Positions 17,115 to 26,119 of a stretch of 56,295 nt of DNA are shown piece after piece. The position numbers and the translations under genes were made by a program. The notes under the pieces are model-generated. The model saw only the letters and a program-made list of their open reading frames with translations. It made no database searches and was not told the DNA's origin. The stretch comes from a virus (taxonomy: Duplodnaviria > Caudoviricetes). Location of the stretch: IMG/VR virus record IMGVR_UViG_3300036832_000712, positions 1 to 56,295 of that record. One strand, 5' to 3'. Numbering within the stretch: position 1 is the first letter of the stretch; every line of letters starts with the position of its first letter.

Positions 17115-19027
17115 CGGTTCCATCCTCGATGCAAACTCCCTCGGTCAAACTCGAACGGTTTCAGATCGCCCCAGCTGGGACCGACCTTGCAGTCCCATGG
17201 CATCGGGATCGGCGGCTTGAATTTCCAAACAGCTTCGTAGGGAAGATTGTCCAGCACATCCTTGATGTAGTGCGCGGCATCGCGCACCTTTGGTGTGGGG
17301 ACATAGAAGTAGAGCCCGTCGTGCAGGTCCCACGCAAAGCGCGCGCCGATCTCATTGAGATAATCCCGCACACATCTTAGAGCTAGGTACTTCTGATCGG
17401 CTCCCGTTCCCTGGATGCGGTAGTTGACTGCCGTACCTTCCATCTGCCAAGCCAGGTCGCCGCCCCACTCGCCGGTAATGCGGACACGCCGTCCCGGAAT
17501 AGTCTCCACGTACCCCTGGGCTTGCGCCGACGTGATCTGATCGAACCAGTATCTCTTAACCATCGGGTAAGTGCTCAGGTAAACTCTCTGGATACGCTGC
17601 GCCTCTTCGAGCGACAGCAGGATGCCGTAGTCGACTTCGGCGATCTGCCGAAGTTTCTTATGACCTACGCGGTATTGCGAAGAAAGGTTCACCACCTTGC
17701 CGCACTGACGTGCGTTGGACTCTGGTGACCCAGTAACCTTGGCGTTCTCTCGAATCTGCTGGTAGGAAAGCGTCCGGTCGATCCGCGAACCCATGAAGGC
17801 ATGCGGGTCGTGCCCCGGCTGGCAAAGCTGGAGCATGGTCCTATCGCCGGAGGCGATCGCCATCCAGCGATACTCCTGGCCGGCGGCGTCGAACTCCATC
17901 AACGTGAACCCGGGCGGTGACACCAGGATTCTTCGGAACACCGGATCACGCTTCATTTGATGCAAAGCAAAACCTACCTGTCGCGTGCCCTTGTTCTTGC
18001 CCTGCTTGGAACTGTAGGTCATTCTTCCGGAATAGGTACCAAACACTTTCATCTGTGGATGCGAACGACGATCGCCGTTGTAAGCACAGGACTTCAGCGG
18101 AGCTTGTGCGAACTTGGTATCGTTGTTCAGTGCTTCACGATACTCCTTGATCTCCTTGATGCGCTTATCCCTGAGCACCAGCTTGTGTAGCACCACCTTG
18201 CTGGTCGAGCGCGTACCAGTGGCGGTCCACTCCAGCATAGGAAGCTTCCACTGGTCGTAAAGGACGACGCCCAGTTGCTTGGGCGAACGCACGATCTTCT
18301 CGGTGATGCCATACGGCGCCAGGCTTTGTAGCTTGGCCTCCGCCGTCTGGCGGAGGCACGCGGAGAGATTGCCGGCTTCCACCGTGTCTACGGTGAGCCC
18401 CTCCAGGTTGGCGCGCGCTATCATCTTGAACGAAGCCGCCTCGGTGATAGCTACCGCTTGCTGGGAGTGACTTAGTTTCTCCCAGAACTTCTTAGCTAGT
18501 CTGAGGGTGAAGACGCAGTCTTTTATGTTGTACTCATGGAGTCTCGCAAGCTCCGCAGGATCGGTGCCATGGTAGTCGACCTCGGCTTCGTACCCGGCGT
18601 GCTGCGGGAAGAACCCCGGCACCGCGGCCTTGAGGCTGTAGCTGTGCTGCTGCTTGTGGTCGTAGTCCGGCTCGATATCCAGATGGCGCCAGAGCAGCAT
18701 GGCGTCGAGGAAGCGAACCCGATCGAGCAAGTCAAGAATGACAGGTTCGTCTTCCGCATATGCATAGAGCCACGCGATATCAAAGAGGACGTTCCACCCC
18801 ACTAGAATATGCTCGGTGTCGATCGCCCACTGCAACAGGTCCATGATCATCGCGACACATTCAAGCTCGTCCTTAAGAAGTCCACCGGCATGGAGGGTCT
18901 TGCCGTCCTGGCGCCAGACCCATGCCAGGGAAGTTAACCAAGCTTTGCCCTGGCGAACGCGCCAGGGCTGTAAAGAAAATTCCGGAAGCTCTCCCGAACA
19001 CTCCACATCAAATGCACAAAGTTTCAT
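17111..19027 (-). CDS. Family A DNA polymerase with 3'-5' exonuclease domain
   Basis: ExoI FDVEC, ExoII GWNVLFD, ExoIII YNIKD; motif A DAAGQEYR, motif B RQCGKVVNLSSQYR, motif C LHDG. Start placed at MKLCAFD after a GAGGA RBS. Confidence 0.9.
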   Translation of the reverse strand: MKLCAFDVECSGELPEFSLQPWRVRQGKAWLTSLAWVWRQDGKTLHAGGLLKDELECVAMIMDLLQWAIDTEHILVGWNVLFDIAWLYAYAEDEPVILDLLDRVRFLDAMLLWRHLDIEPDYDHKQQHSYSLKAAVPGFFPQHAGYEAEVDYHGTDPAELARLHEYNIKDCVFTLRLAKKFWEKLSHSQQAVAITEAASFKMIARANLEGLTVDTVEAGNLSACLRQTAEAKLQSLAPYGITEKIVRSPKQLGVVLYDQWKLPMLEWTATGTRSTSKVVLHKLVLRDKRIKEIKEYREALNNDTKFAQAPLKSCAYNGDRRSHPQMKVFGTYSGRMTYSSKQGKNKGTRQVGFALHQMKRDPVFRRILVSPPGFTLMEFDAAGQEYRWMAIASGDRTMLQLCQPGHDPHAFMGSRIDRTLSYQQIRENAKVTGSPESNARQCGKVVNLSSQYRVGHKKLRQIAEVDYGILLSLEEAQRIQRVYLSTYPMVKRYWFDQITSAQAQGYVETIPGRRVRITGEWGGDLAWQMEGTAVNYRIQGTGADQKYLALRCVRDYLNEIGARFAWDLHDGLYFYVPTPKVRDAAHYIKDVLDNLPYEAVWKFKPPIPMPWDCKVGPSWGDLKPFEFDRGSLHRGWNR

Positions 19028-19037
19028 TTGCGTTTCC

Positions 19038-19757
19038 TCAGCCCAGGAACGGCACAGACTTGTGCTCGATGCAGCCGTACTGACGGTAGATCGCCTGCCG
19101 TATCTCGTGCAGTACCTGGTCAGGATGGCTCCAGGAATATCGGAAGCACGAAACCAGCTCACGCCACTTACGATCACGCAGCATGGTGACGATCGAATTA
19201 TTGTCGTGCCACCCAACCCCGCCATCTAGTGGCGCAGCCATCTGCACGTAGACCAGGAACCAAAGCCGGAACTCTTGGTAACGGGTTTCTTCACGCGCTT
19301 GCTTGGCGCGCTCGCGGTTGACCACTGGGACGGACCATGGCGTGATCTGGTCTGCCTTCCAGGTGTTGTCGCGCTCGCGGAACGTGATCTCGTCCGGCAC
19401 CTTGTAGGTACGCCCGTCGACTGTGACGGCAAAATACCCGGCGCACAGCGACACGTACATGCGGGGTGTGCAGTGATTGGCGAATATGACCGTCGAGCGT
19501 GTCGTGTACGCACGGATGGTCAGCGAGTTGTCCTTGTGCCAGGTCACAACAGGATGATCGTACAGCCGCAGGATGATATCCTCGGCCTCTGTCCGCGCGA
19601 TAGTCATGTGCTTCTTGCGGGTATCGACCAGCCCGCGCGGAGCCACCAGTGAGTTGAGCTTGCGGTCCCTGGGGAAAACCACAGCGGCTCTCCAGGTTTT
19701 GACAGCCTGGGCGTAGGACTCAATGCGAGGGAAGTTGCAACGGATGCCGAAGGGCAT
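19038..19757 (-). CDS. Hypothetical early protein
   Basis: 239-aa ORF with an AGGAGTGACTTACC-ATG start motif. Confidence 0.65.
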   Translation of the reverse strand: MPFGIRCNFPRIESYAQAVKTWRAAVVFPRDRKLNSLVAPRGLVDTRKKHMTIARTEAEDIILRLYDHPVVTWHKDNSLTIRAYTTRSTVIFANHCTPRMYVSLCAGYFAVTVDGRTYKVPDEITFRERDNTWKADQITPWSVPVVNRERAKQAREETRYQEFRLWFLVYVQMAAPLDGGVGWHDNNSIVTMLRDRKWRELVSCFRYSWSHPDQVLHEIRQAIYRQYGCIEHKSVPFLG

Positions 19758-19803
19758 GGTAAGTCACTCCTGTTCTCTAGGTGATCAATGAGTTGAAGGA
19801 AGC

Positions 19804-19826
19804 ACCCCGCGCGACCGCGCGGGGGT
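19804..19826 (-). terminator. GC-rich hairpin, possible terminator
   Basis: ccccgcgcg/cgcgcgggg inverted repeat in the intergenic gap; no strong U-tract. Confidence 0.4.
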
Positions 19827-19835
19827 AAGCTTATA

Positions 19836-20261
19836 TTATAGCACGATACAGCACAGGACCGTGGGGTTCTGACCCTCCTTGAGAACGACCTGTACCTGAT
19901 TCGGCCAGCCCTCGGGGATGCATTTCAGGACCGCGTCGATGGTGGTCATGGGACTCGGGATCATGACTCTACCATCCATCCACCACGGGCGCTGGATGCC
20001 GGTCTGGATACCCTCGGTCTCCAGGAGCCGGGTCAGTCTCGTTTCGATGCGGCGCGCACGCTGGAGGACCTCCAGCAGATTTGCCCGGTCACCGGATGAG
20101 AACGACGGTCCTCCGGAGAGAACAGACGGCGCAAGTAGTTTTTCTTTCATTGACATAGTCGGTAACTCCTTGTCTCGTTCAACGAACTCGCCGCACAACC
20201 CATAACAAGCACCGTTGTACGAATGCTCCCTACGGGGATAACCACATTTTGCGCAGCACAT
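19836..20261 (-). CDS. Hypothetical protein (alternative start at 20156)
   Basis: A strong RBS (AAGGAG) precedes MSMKEK at 20156; the upstream in-frame extension is Cys-rich. Confidence 0.5.
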   Translation of the reverse strand: MCCAKCGYPRREHSYNGACYGLCGEFVERDKELPTMSMKEKLLAPSVLSGGPSFSSGDRANLLEVLQRARRIETRLTRLLETEGIQTGIQRPWWMDGRVMIPSPMTTIDAVLKCIPEGWPNQVQVVLKEGQNPTVLCCIVL

Positions 20262-20263
20262 GC

Positions 20264-21118
20264 TCAGTCTCTTGTCATGTGTTCATTCATGCTATCCCTT
20301 ATTTCACGTGCCTCTTTTGCCGCAGCCGCTCTGAGATCGCTCCCCTTGCGCAGGTCGTCGGGCTGGTAGGAACCTATGGTTCCCATGATCCGCTGACGTA
20401 TCTCTCTTAGCTTCGGATCACCAGTCACGTTGAGCCCGGGCAAAATGTTCATCAGCTCTACCAGATTGTTGACCGTGCTGTCCCGGAAGATCGCTTCTTC
20501 ATCTCCTACTTTCTCAATGTAGTGTTCGAGAAGCTCCGCGATGCGCAGCCACACGTCCTGCATGGCCTCGCCAAGCCGCCGCTCGATGGAGCGTTCCATG
20601 TCGGCCTTAAGCTTGTTAAGCTCCTTCTCGGGAAGCGCGACTCGGAAATCGTCCGGCTCGGTGATGCCGTCGATGTCCAGATCGACTCGGAACTTTTCCC
20701 GCAGCTGGTCAGGCGTCGGGTAGTCCTCATCGCGGAACAGAGTCCCTAACCGGAACGACGCCTGGTCTCGCGCCTTGGGATACCTGACCTCGATGAACTC
20801 TTTTACGGCTGCGTTGAAGTTCCGCTCCAGGTCACCGTATCCCGACATGAACATCTCGAAGATGTTCCGAGTCATGATGCGCGGGCCTTTGTCCGACCAC
20901 GGAAGAGTGTGATGGTCCCTGTGCGCTTTCAATGCATTGTACGCGGTGACAATATCCGCGAACGCTTCCTTGGGCACGATGCGCTTGGAGACCACGGCCG
21001 AGCCAGCCTGGGCGCTGGCATCCCTGACCAATTGGTTGGAAGCTTTCGAGTCGATCTTGTAGCCACTCCACCTGGATATGTGGAGGTTCACCAGCATGCA
21101 CTTCTGTGAGAGACTCAT
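20264..21118 (-). CDS. DUF3150-like protein
   Basis: LVNLHISRWSG, HTLPWSDKGPRI, DYP and IFRDSTV motifs; near the AAA/vWA pair. Confidence 0.6.
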   Translation of the reverse strand: MSLSQKCMLVNLHISRWSGYKIDSKASNQLVRDASAQAGSAVVSKRIVPKEAFADIVTAYNALKAHRDHHTLPWSDKGPRIMTRNIFEMFMSGYGDLERNFNAAVKEFIEVRYPKARDQASFRLGTLFRDEDYPTPDQLREKFRVDLDIDGITEPDDFRVALPEKELNKLKADMERSIERRLGEAMQDVWLRIAELLEHYIEKVGDEEAIFRDSTVNNLVELMNILPGLNVTGDPKLREIRQRIMGTIGSYQPDDLRKGSDLRAAAAKEAREIRDSMNEHMTRD

Positions 21119-21141
21119 GTTCAGTTACTCCTTTGTTTGGT

Positions 21142-21369
21142 TCAGTTAGTGCGGAAAAGCTTAGCAGCAATTTCAGTCTCTCGTCCAACACATTCGTTGT
21201 ATTGATCGAAAGTTTGTGACACCCTACGGCAAGCACCGGGTATGCCGTTCACATACTCCTGCGTTATGGGCACCGTTGGAGGGTTGAGAGTGACCTTCAC
21301 TCCCAGAATGATCGCTGGCAATATGATGAATACCAGCAAGTAGGTAGTAAGTAAACGCGGTCCAGTCAT
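21142..21369 (-). CDS. Small membrane-anchored protein
   Basis: N-terminal TM helix and two Cys; flanked by 26-bp direct repeats. Confidence 0.6.
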   Translation of the reverse strand: MTGPRLLTTYLLVFIILPAIILGVKVTLNPPTVPITQEYVNGIPGACRRVSQTFDQYNECVGRETEIAAKLFRTN

Positions 21370-21390
21370 GTTCAGTCACTCCTTTGTTTG

Positions 21391-21409
21391 GTGTTACATT
21401 ATGTAACAC
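21391..21409. promoter_or_regulatory. 19-bp palindrome copy 4
   Basis: GTGTTACA-TTA-TGTAACAC; it contains the TAA stop of the 21399..21578 gene. Confidence 0.85.
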
Positions 21410-21578
21410 GTTTCTCCCAGTCGCGCGGCAGGAAGCCGCCGCTGCTGAGCCACTGGTCCAGTGCCTCGAAAGCGGTGACCAGCTTATCGAACGCATCGAG
21501 ATCGTAGTCGCCGCGCTCGCCGTTGGTCCAATGCTCGCAAGCCGCGCGAGCATCGGTAAGAGCTTGATTGGGGTCCAT
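21399..21578 (-). CDS. Small phage protein (59 aa)
   Basis: Not in the track. MDPNQALTDARAAC...LDQWLSSGGFLPRDWEKRVT, with an AAAGGAGTAACTGAAC-ATG start motif. Confidence 0.7.
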   Translation of the reverse strand: MDPNQALTDARAACEHWTNGERGDYDLDAFDKLVTAFEALDQWLSSGGFLPRDWEKRVT

Positions 21579-21593
21579 GTTCAGTTACTCCTT

Positions 21594-22031
21594 TCAGTTG
21601 ATCCGTATCGCGTCAACCACCCCACGCTTTATGCGCTTAAGCAAAGATGACGGGTCGGTACCCATATGTTCGGCCCACTCACTTAGACATTTACGTCGGC
21701 CTTTGATTTCGTAAATGACGTTCTGCCGTGTGTTGCGTGCTTGCTGAAGTGGAGTCACCCAACGACAGTTGGATGGGAAATACCCACGATCATTGTCGCG
21801 CCGATCGATACACATACCGGCCGGCGCTTCACCCATGTCGGCAAGGAAATTGGCAAACAAGTCCCATCGTTTGCAAACTTTTATTCCTCGCGCTCCATAC
21901 TTACGCCACCACGCGGCATTGGTAGTCGATGCACACCGAGCACGCATCCCTTTCCAAATGCGATACGTCCGTGTACCGCAACCACCGTGTCGATAGTTAG
22001 GATTGCGTTTTCCAGGGTAGGTCCTAGGCAT
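21594..22031 (-). CDS. HNH homing endonuclease
   Basis: YRIWKGMRARC, YGARGIKVCKRW, FLADMG and IDRRDNDRGYFPSNCRW motifs. Confidence 0.9.
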   Translation of the reverse strand: MPRTYPGKRNPNYRHGGCGTRTYRIWKGMRARCASTTNAAWWRKYGARGIKVCKRWDLFANFLADMGEAPAGMCIDRRDNDRGYFPSNCRWVTPLQQARNTRQNVIYEIKGRRKCLSEWAEHMGTDPSSLLKRIKRGVVDAIRIN

Positions 22032-23178
22032 CGACAGTGATCCTTACAACTCCAGCCCAATCGGGACACGTCGCGTCAGTCGTGCACCCGATGATGAGAG
22101 GGTAGGGTGTAGGGCTTTCAGGCCAGGGTGTATAAGCATCAGTCAGAAGCAGCACGACCTCAGGACTGTACTGCTCCGCCACATACTGCAGCGGCTTCCG
22201 CATGTCGGTGCCACCACCTCCTTTAGGGTGCAGAATCACCTCGTTGCCGTCCTCGAACACGTCGACGTTCGAGCACTCGGCATCGTCGGCCCAGATCACG
22301 CGCACGGTCATCGGCTTGATGACGGTGACGATGTGGTTCACCGCAACAGCTATCCTTTCGAATATCTCCTTGGTGAACATCGAGCCAGACGAATCAGCCA
22401 CGATGGTCAGCTCGTCCATGCCGTTGCTCCTGCGACTCGGCAAATAGATATTGCTGTACCGGCGATTGCGCCTGTTCCAGCTTTCGTCTTGTGCAAGACA
22501 GGCAGTCATGTAGTCGATCAGTACCTGCTCCCATGGCACCGGGTCCTCGTAGGTCGCGCCGACGATGGCCGCCAGCTCGCCCGGCATGACGCCATGCTGG
22601 CGGGCTATGGCGCTCGCCCGGGCCAGGGTCTTGTTGATGTGGTGCTCGATCGCCGCCGCCTGCTCGGGCGTGGCCGCCGGGACCGGCCGCAGGTCGCCGC
22701 CCAGGCCGCCCTGCCCAGGACCCTGGCCCTGCCCCTGCCCTTGTCCAGGCTGCCCCTGCTTCCCGCCCTGCTGCTCCAGCAGGGGGTAGATTTGCTCCGC
22801 GGTCATGCCGCGGTACTTGGGATCGATGAGCGCATACTGCCAGATTTTGAACTTGAGATCGTACAGCATGATGTTGATGGCGTAGTCGCAAGCCTTGTTC
22901 CAGCGCTCATGATCGCGAGAACCACGCCGTAAACCATGCTTGAGCAGTATGTGCATAAGTTCGTGGATAACTACGAACTTGGCGGTCGGGATGTCCAGCC
23001 CCTCGATGAAGGCCGGGTTGTAGCCGATGACCGTCATGTCGGTCCACGCTGTCGCGCAGGTCGGGTCCTCGACGAACGGAGTCTGCAGCAGGGCTGCTGC
23101 AAAGAACATAAGTTCTTTTACTTTTACGAGACTCGCTCTCGCAGTTTCCATAACAGAGAGTTGCTGTTGTCTTCTCAT
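22024..23178 (-). CDS. Metallopeptidase + vWA domain protein (DUF2201-like)
   Basis: HELMH zincin motif, WNKACDYAIN, MIDAS DSSGS, GGGGTD and LTD motifs. Confidence 0.88.
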   Translation of the reverse strand: MRRQQQLSVMETARASLVKVKELMFFAAALLQTPFVEDPTCATAWTDMTVIGYNPAFIEGLDIPTAKFVVIHELMHILLKHGLRRGSRDHERWNKACDYAINIMLYDLKFKIWQYALIDPKYRGMTAEQIYPLLEQQGGKQGQPGQGQGQGQGPGQGGLGGDLRPVPAATPEQAAAIEHHINKTLARASAIARQHGVMPGELAAIVGATYEDPVPWEQVLIDYMTACLAQDESWNRRNRRYSNIYLPSRRSNGMDELTIVADSSGSMFTKEIFERIAVAVNHIVTVIKPMTVRVIWADDAECSNVDVFEDGNEVILHPKGGGGTDMRKPLQYVAEQYSPEVVLLLTDAYTPWPESPTPYPLIIGCTTDATCPDWAGVVRITVDA

Positions 23179-23184
23179 GGTAAG

Positions 23185-23328
23185 TCAGTCCTTTGGTTTT
23201 CGCTTCATTGCCGCAAGCGCGCGGCGCTGCGCCCGATTGATCGGGTTACTGGGTGGAATACGTGTTCGTGGTTTGATAGGTGCGACGATCAACCTGCTTC
23301 TGAGTACCCGCGGTGGGACGATCTTCAT
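23185..23328 (-). CDS. Small basic peptide (47 aa)
   Basis: Not in the track. MKIVPPRVLRSRLIVAPIKPRTRIPPSNPINRAQRRALAAMKRKPKD, with a GGAGTGACTTACC-ATG start motif. Confidence 0.55.
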   Translation of the reverse strand: MKIVPPRVLRSRLIVAPIKPRTRIPPSNPINRAQRRALAAMKRKPKD

Positions 23329-23351
23329 GGTAAGTCACTCCGTTGGCAGCC

Positions 23352-23552
23352 TCAATATGGGTTGGTCTGGGTCAGCCCCAGCTGGGTCTCGAAGCGGGCA
23401 GCGACAATATCGCAGACCCGATGGATATCTTCGTGCGACAGCTTGTGTCTGAGGAAGATCATGAGATCGCTCTGGATCGTGCCACAGGCATCCTCCAGGT
23501 TCCTGTCAGGGTTTTCCTTCGGCGTTTTGAATTTCCATTCATCGTAGGTCAT
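23352..23552 (-). CDS. Hypothetical protein
   Basis: MTYDEWKFKTP...; AAAGGAGTGACTGACG-ATG start motif. Confidence 0.6.
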   Translation of the reverse strand: MTYDEWKFKTPKENPDRNLEDACGTIQSDLMIFLRHKLSHEDIHRVCDIVAARFETQLGLTQTNPY

Positions 23553-23758
23553 CGTCAGTCACTCCTTTAGTTGGTGGTTAGTAGTATTGGCGAGGTTAGT
23601 GAGACGGAGCTAGGGAAGCGCTGCTGGGATCGAACCGGCACACCCAGCTTTCGGTTTGGAGCTTTAGAGAAGTTGGCGGCCTTGTCGCCTCTCTGCCGAA
23701 AACGGCTGCTACGAGCTTCCGACTTTCCATCCGTCCTCCGTCCCACCAACCTCGCCAA

Positions 23759-23777
23759 GTGTTACATGATGTAACAC
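23759..23777. promoter_or_regulatory. 19-bp palindrome copy 5
   Basis: GTGTTACA-TGA-TGTAACAC, abutting the stop at 23778. Confidence 0.85.
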
Positions 23778-24047
23778 CTATGAGTGAGTGTACCCATCTT
23801 CCTCGATGCCCAGCCACATGCCCCATCGGGGCAGCATGATGCAGGGAATGCCGAAGCCCGGCTGCACCGTCTTGCGGAAGAGTCGCCACTGCCAAGACGG
23901 CACCTTGACGATCTCCGGGTTGCTCCACTTGCCGCAATGCCGGCAGTAAGTGCCGTCGTGCCGCGTCGTGGGCGTGATCCAGCTAGGGAAATCCGTCTGG
24001 AAAATTTTGAACAAAGCTTCACGTTGTTTGCGAGTCGTCTTAACCAT
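23778..24047 (-). CDS. Small phage protein with CxxC
   Basis: WGMWLGIEEDGYTHS C-terminus; AGGAG RBS. Confidence 0.65.
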   Translation of the reverse strand: MVKTTRKQREALFKIFQTDFPSWITPTTRHDGTYCRHCGKWSNPEIVKVPSWQWRLFRKTVQPGFGIPCIMLPRWGMWLGIEEDGYTHS

Positions 24048-24264
24048 TAGAGTTCTCCTGTTGGTTGGTTAGTGAGTTGTTATCGACGGGTGGATGCTTG
24101 AACGCCTCGGCAAGGCGCAGATAGACTTCGTGAAGTCCCTCGACAGTTTCGCTGACCAGGCAAGGCTCGGTGTAACCAAGTGGCTTACCACCATCAGCGT
24201 AGTGCATTTCGACAAGGAAGAAAGAGCCATCGCCGTCCTTAACGATACGGTTATTCCAATGCAT
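24040..24264 (-). CDS. Small phage protein
   Basis: MHWNNRIV...EMHY; AGGAG RBS. Confidence 0.6.
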   Translation of the reverse strand: MHWNNRIVKDGDGSFFLVEMHYADGGKPLGYTEPCLVSETVEGLHEVYLRLAEAFKHPPVDNNSLTNQQENSNG

Positions 24265-24493
24265 CAGAGTTCTCCTGTTCAGTCAGTGAATCTTCCTTGG
24301 TGGGCATGCCCATCAAGGTCTCACGAATGTAATCAAGGTCAGACTGGAGAAGCTGACCACGAAACTCTTTACGGTCGATGGCCTTCTTCAACTGGACGAA
24401 CACTGTTAACTGCTCGACGTGAAGAAGAATCTGCCTGTCGATCAATTGCTTGATCTTGGCGACTTTCATGGGGTTGACGATCTGGTTGCTCAT
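24251..24493 (-). CDS. Hypothetical protein
   Basis: MSNQIVNPMK...; coupled to the next gene. Confidence 0.5.
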   Translation of the reverse strand: MSNQIVNPMKVAKIKQLIDRQILLHVEQLTVFVQLKKAIDRKEFRGQLLQSDLDYIRETLMGMPTKEDSLTEQENSDALE

Positions 24494-24497
24494 GTTG

Positions 24498-24674
24498 TCA
24501 GTTCCATTCAAAGTGCGGGCGCCACCCACCAATCAGGGTGACGGATGGGTAGCGATAGTTCAGCACCCTGCCATCGTGGCTGTGCCACCACACCACGCCA
24601 TGGATGCAGCGGTTGCCGGCACCGTCGCGGGCGGTGTGGAAGGCCACGCCTATGTTCCTGTTGCCTAGTTTCAT
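24498..24674 (-). CDS. Hypothetical protein
   Basis: MKLGNRNIG...; GGAGG RBS and ATGA overlap. Confidence 0.5.
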   Translation of the reverse strand: MKLGNRNIGVAFHTARDGAGNRCIHGVVWWHSHDGRVLNYRYPSVTLIGGWRPHFEWN

Positions 24675-24925
24675 GTTCGGTCCTCCACTTCCTCGTTCGT
24701 GACCCACAGCCAAGCCTGGACCCAGCGGCCGTCATCGCCAGCGGAAACGGCCGGCTCGTCGTCGATCTCGATCTCGTCGACGGCGTAGTCCTCACGCGCC
24801 TGCTCGATGTAGCTCGCGCTATCGGCGATCGTGACAATCATTGCTACACATCGCGCATGGAGCGATTGCAGATCGTCGTGCGCCTCGATCAGCGCCAGGT
24901 CTTCGTCGGATAGGTTTATCCACAT
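24671..24925 (-). CDS. Acidic hypothetical protein
   Basis: DEIEIDD...GRWVQAWLWV; AAAGGAGTTACTGAAC-ATG start motif. Confidence 0.65.
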   Translation of the reverse strand: MWINLSDEDLALIEAHDDLQSLHARCVAMIVTIADSASYIEQAREDYAVDEIEIDDEPAVSAGDDGRWVQAWLWVTNEEVEDRT

Positions 24926-24955
24926 GTTCAGTAACTCCTTTCAGGTTGGGGAATG

Positions 24956-24974
24956 GTGTTACACAATGTAACAC
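24956..24974. promoter_or_regulatory. 19-bp palindrome copy 6
   Basis: GTGTTACA-CAA-TGTAACAC, 8 nt past the stop at 24983. Confidence 0.85.
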
Positions 24975-24982
24975 CACCTGGT

Positions 24983-26065
24983 TCAGTTCGAGGTATAGAC
25001 CTCGCGGTACTTCTTCACGTAGTCCATGTACGCATCGGCATCAAAGAGAGTGGCGTCCCGCGCGGTGGCGAGCTGCCACGCCATGACGACGAACTCCGCG
25101 GTGAACCGCTTGAGGTACATGTGCAGCTTGTCCACGTTGCCGAGCGTCATCTTCTCGGACACGTGCATGGCGGTCGCGTACTTGATCGAGAGTTCTTCGG
25201 GCACCGGGTACTTGTCGGGCGCCGCGAGAATCTTCTCGATATTGGGGAGGCTCTGCCAGACGTCAACGTGAGCCAGGAACTGCACTGCCGGCCCTTCACC
25301 GATAGCGCCGATCATGGCGGCCTCCTTGATCTCCGGCGTAAGGCGCTTGTCCTGCCACAGCTCGGCCGCGGTGAACCAAGTCCTTGGCGTGGCCACGATG
25401 GCCTGGGTCTTCTTCGGGTCGTAGGTGTTCACCAAGTCCGCGCAGAAATTCCAGAACGAGAGAAACACTTTGGGCACGCCTTGACTCTGCGCATAGATGC
25501 AGAAATCGTCTAGCGAATTGATCGCCTCGACGTGGATCAGCCGGTTGTTCAACGGCATGGGTAGTTTCTTGGCTAATGCCTGATCGTCTAGGAGATTGCC
25601 GGCCAAGAGCATGCGCACGTTGGGCTTCAAGACGTGCTCACCGATGCAGCGATTCAGCACAAGCTGCTGCATCACCGCAAAGACATCGTTCTTCGCATCA
25701 GGCGCTTCGTCGAAGAAAACAACGATGAGCTTGTCATCTGGAAAACTATCATTCCCGATGAACGGCATGGTACCTGGCGGATACCAGACCGTCGTTCCTG
25801 TCTTTTTGTCGGCCTGAGGGGTACCGCGCATATCGACGGAGTCGTACTGAGAGAGCCTGATGTCGATCAGGAGCGTGCCCGTGTAGGGGCAGTCTTTCCC
25901 GAGCAGCGCCTTGAGCGCCTCGGGGCTGTCGAGCTCGTCAACGGCCTGCTCGACACCTTGACTCTTGCCGATACCAAACCGGCCCCTGACGAGGATCGGC
26001 TTGTCGAGACGCACCACTATCTCTTTAACGGTGGTCTTGAGTTGAGAGATAGAAAGCTTCTTCAT
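24983..26065 (-). CDS. MoxR-like AAA+ ATPase
   Basis: Walker A GRFGIGKS, IDIRLSQ, Walker B FFDE, AGN, LNNRLIH and ATPRTW motifs. Confidence 0.85.
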   Translation of the reverse strand: MKKLSISQLKTTVKEIVVRLDKPILVRGRFGIGKSQGVEQAVDELDSPEALKALLGKDCPYTGTLLIDIRLSQYDSVDMRGTPQADKKTGTTVWYPPGTMPFIGNDSFPDDKLIVVFFDEAPDAKNDVFAVMQQLVLNRCIGEHVLKPNVRMLLAGNLLDDQALAKKLPMPLNNRLIHVEAINSLDDFCIYAQSQGVPKVFLSFWNFCADLVNTYDPKKTQAIVATPRTWFTAAELWQDKRLTPEIKEAAMIGAIGEGPAVQFLAHVDVWQSLPNIEKILAAPDKYPVPEELSIKYATAMHVSEKMTLGNVDKLHMYLKRFTAEFVVMAWQLATARDATLFDADAYMDYVKKYREVYTSN

Positions 26066-26092
26066 GGTAGTCAGCCTTTCTTTCAGTGAATG

Positions 26093-26111
26093 GTGTTACA
26101 CTATGTAACAC
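26093..26111. promoter_or_regulatory. 19-bp palindrome copy 7
   Basis: GTGTTACA-CTA-TGTAACAC, 8 nt past the stop at 26120. Confidence 0.85.
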
Positions 26112-26119
26112 CTTGTTGG

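Noticed and set aside
17111-19225. 704-aa polymerase call in the ORF track
   Set aside because: The N-terminal extension overlaps the 19038..19757 gene. The RBS and ExoI motif support a start at 19027.
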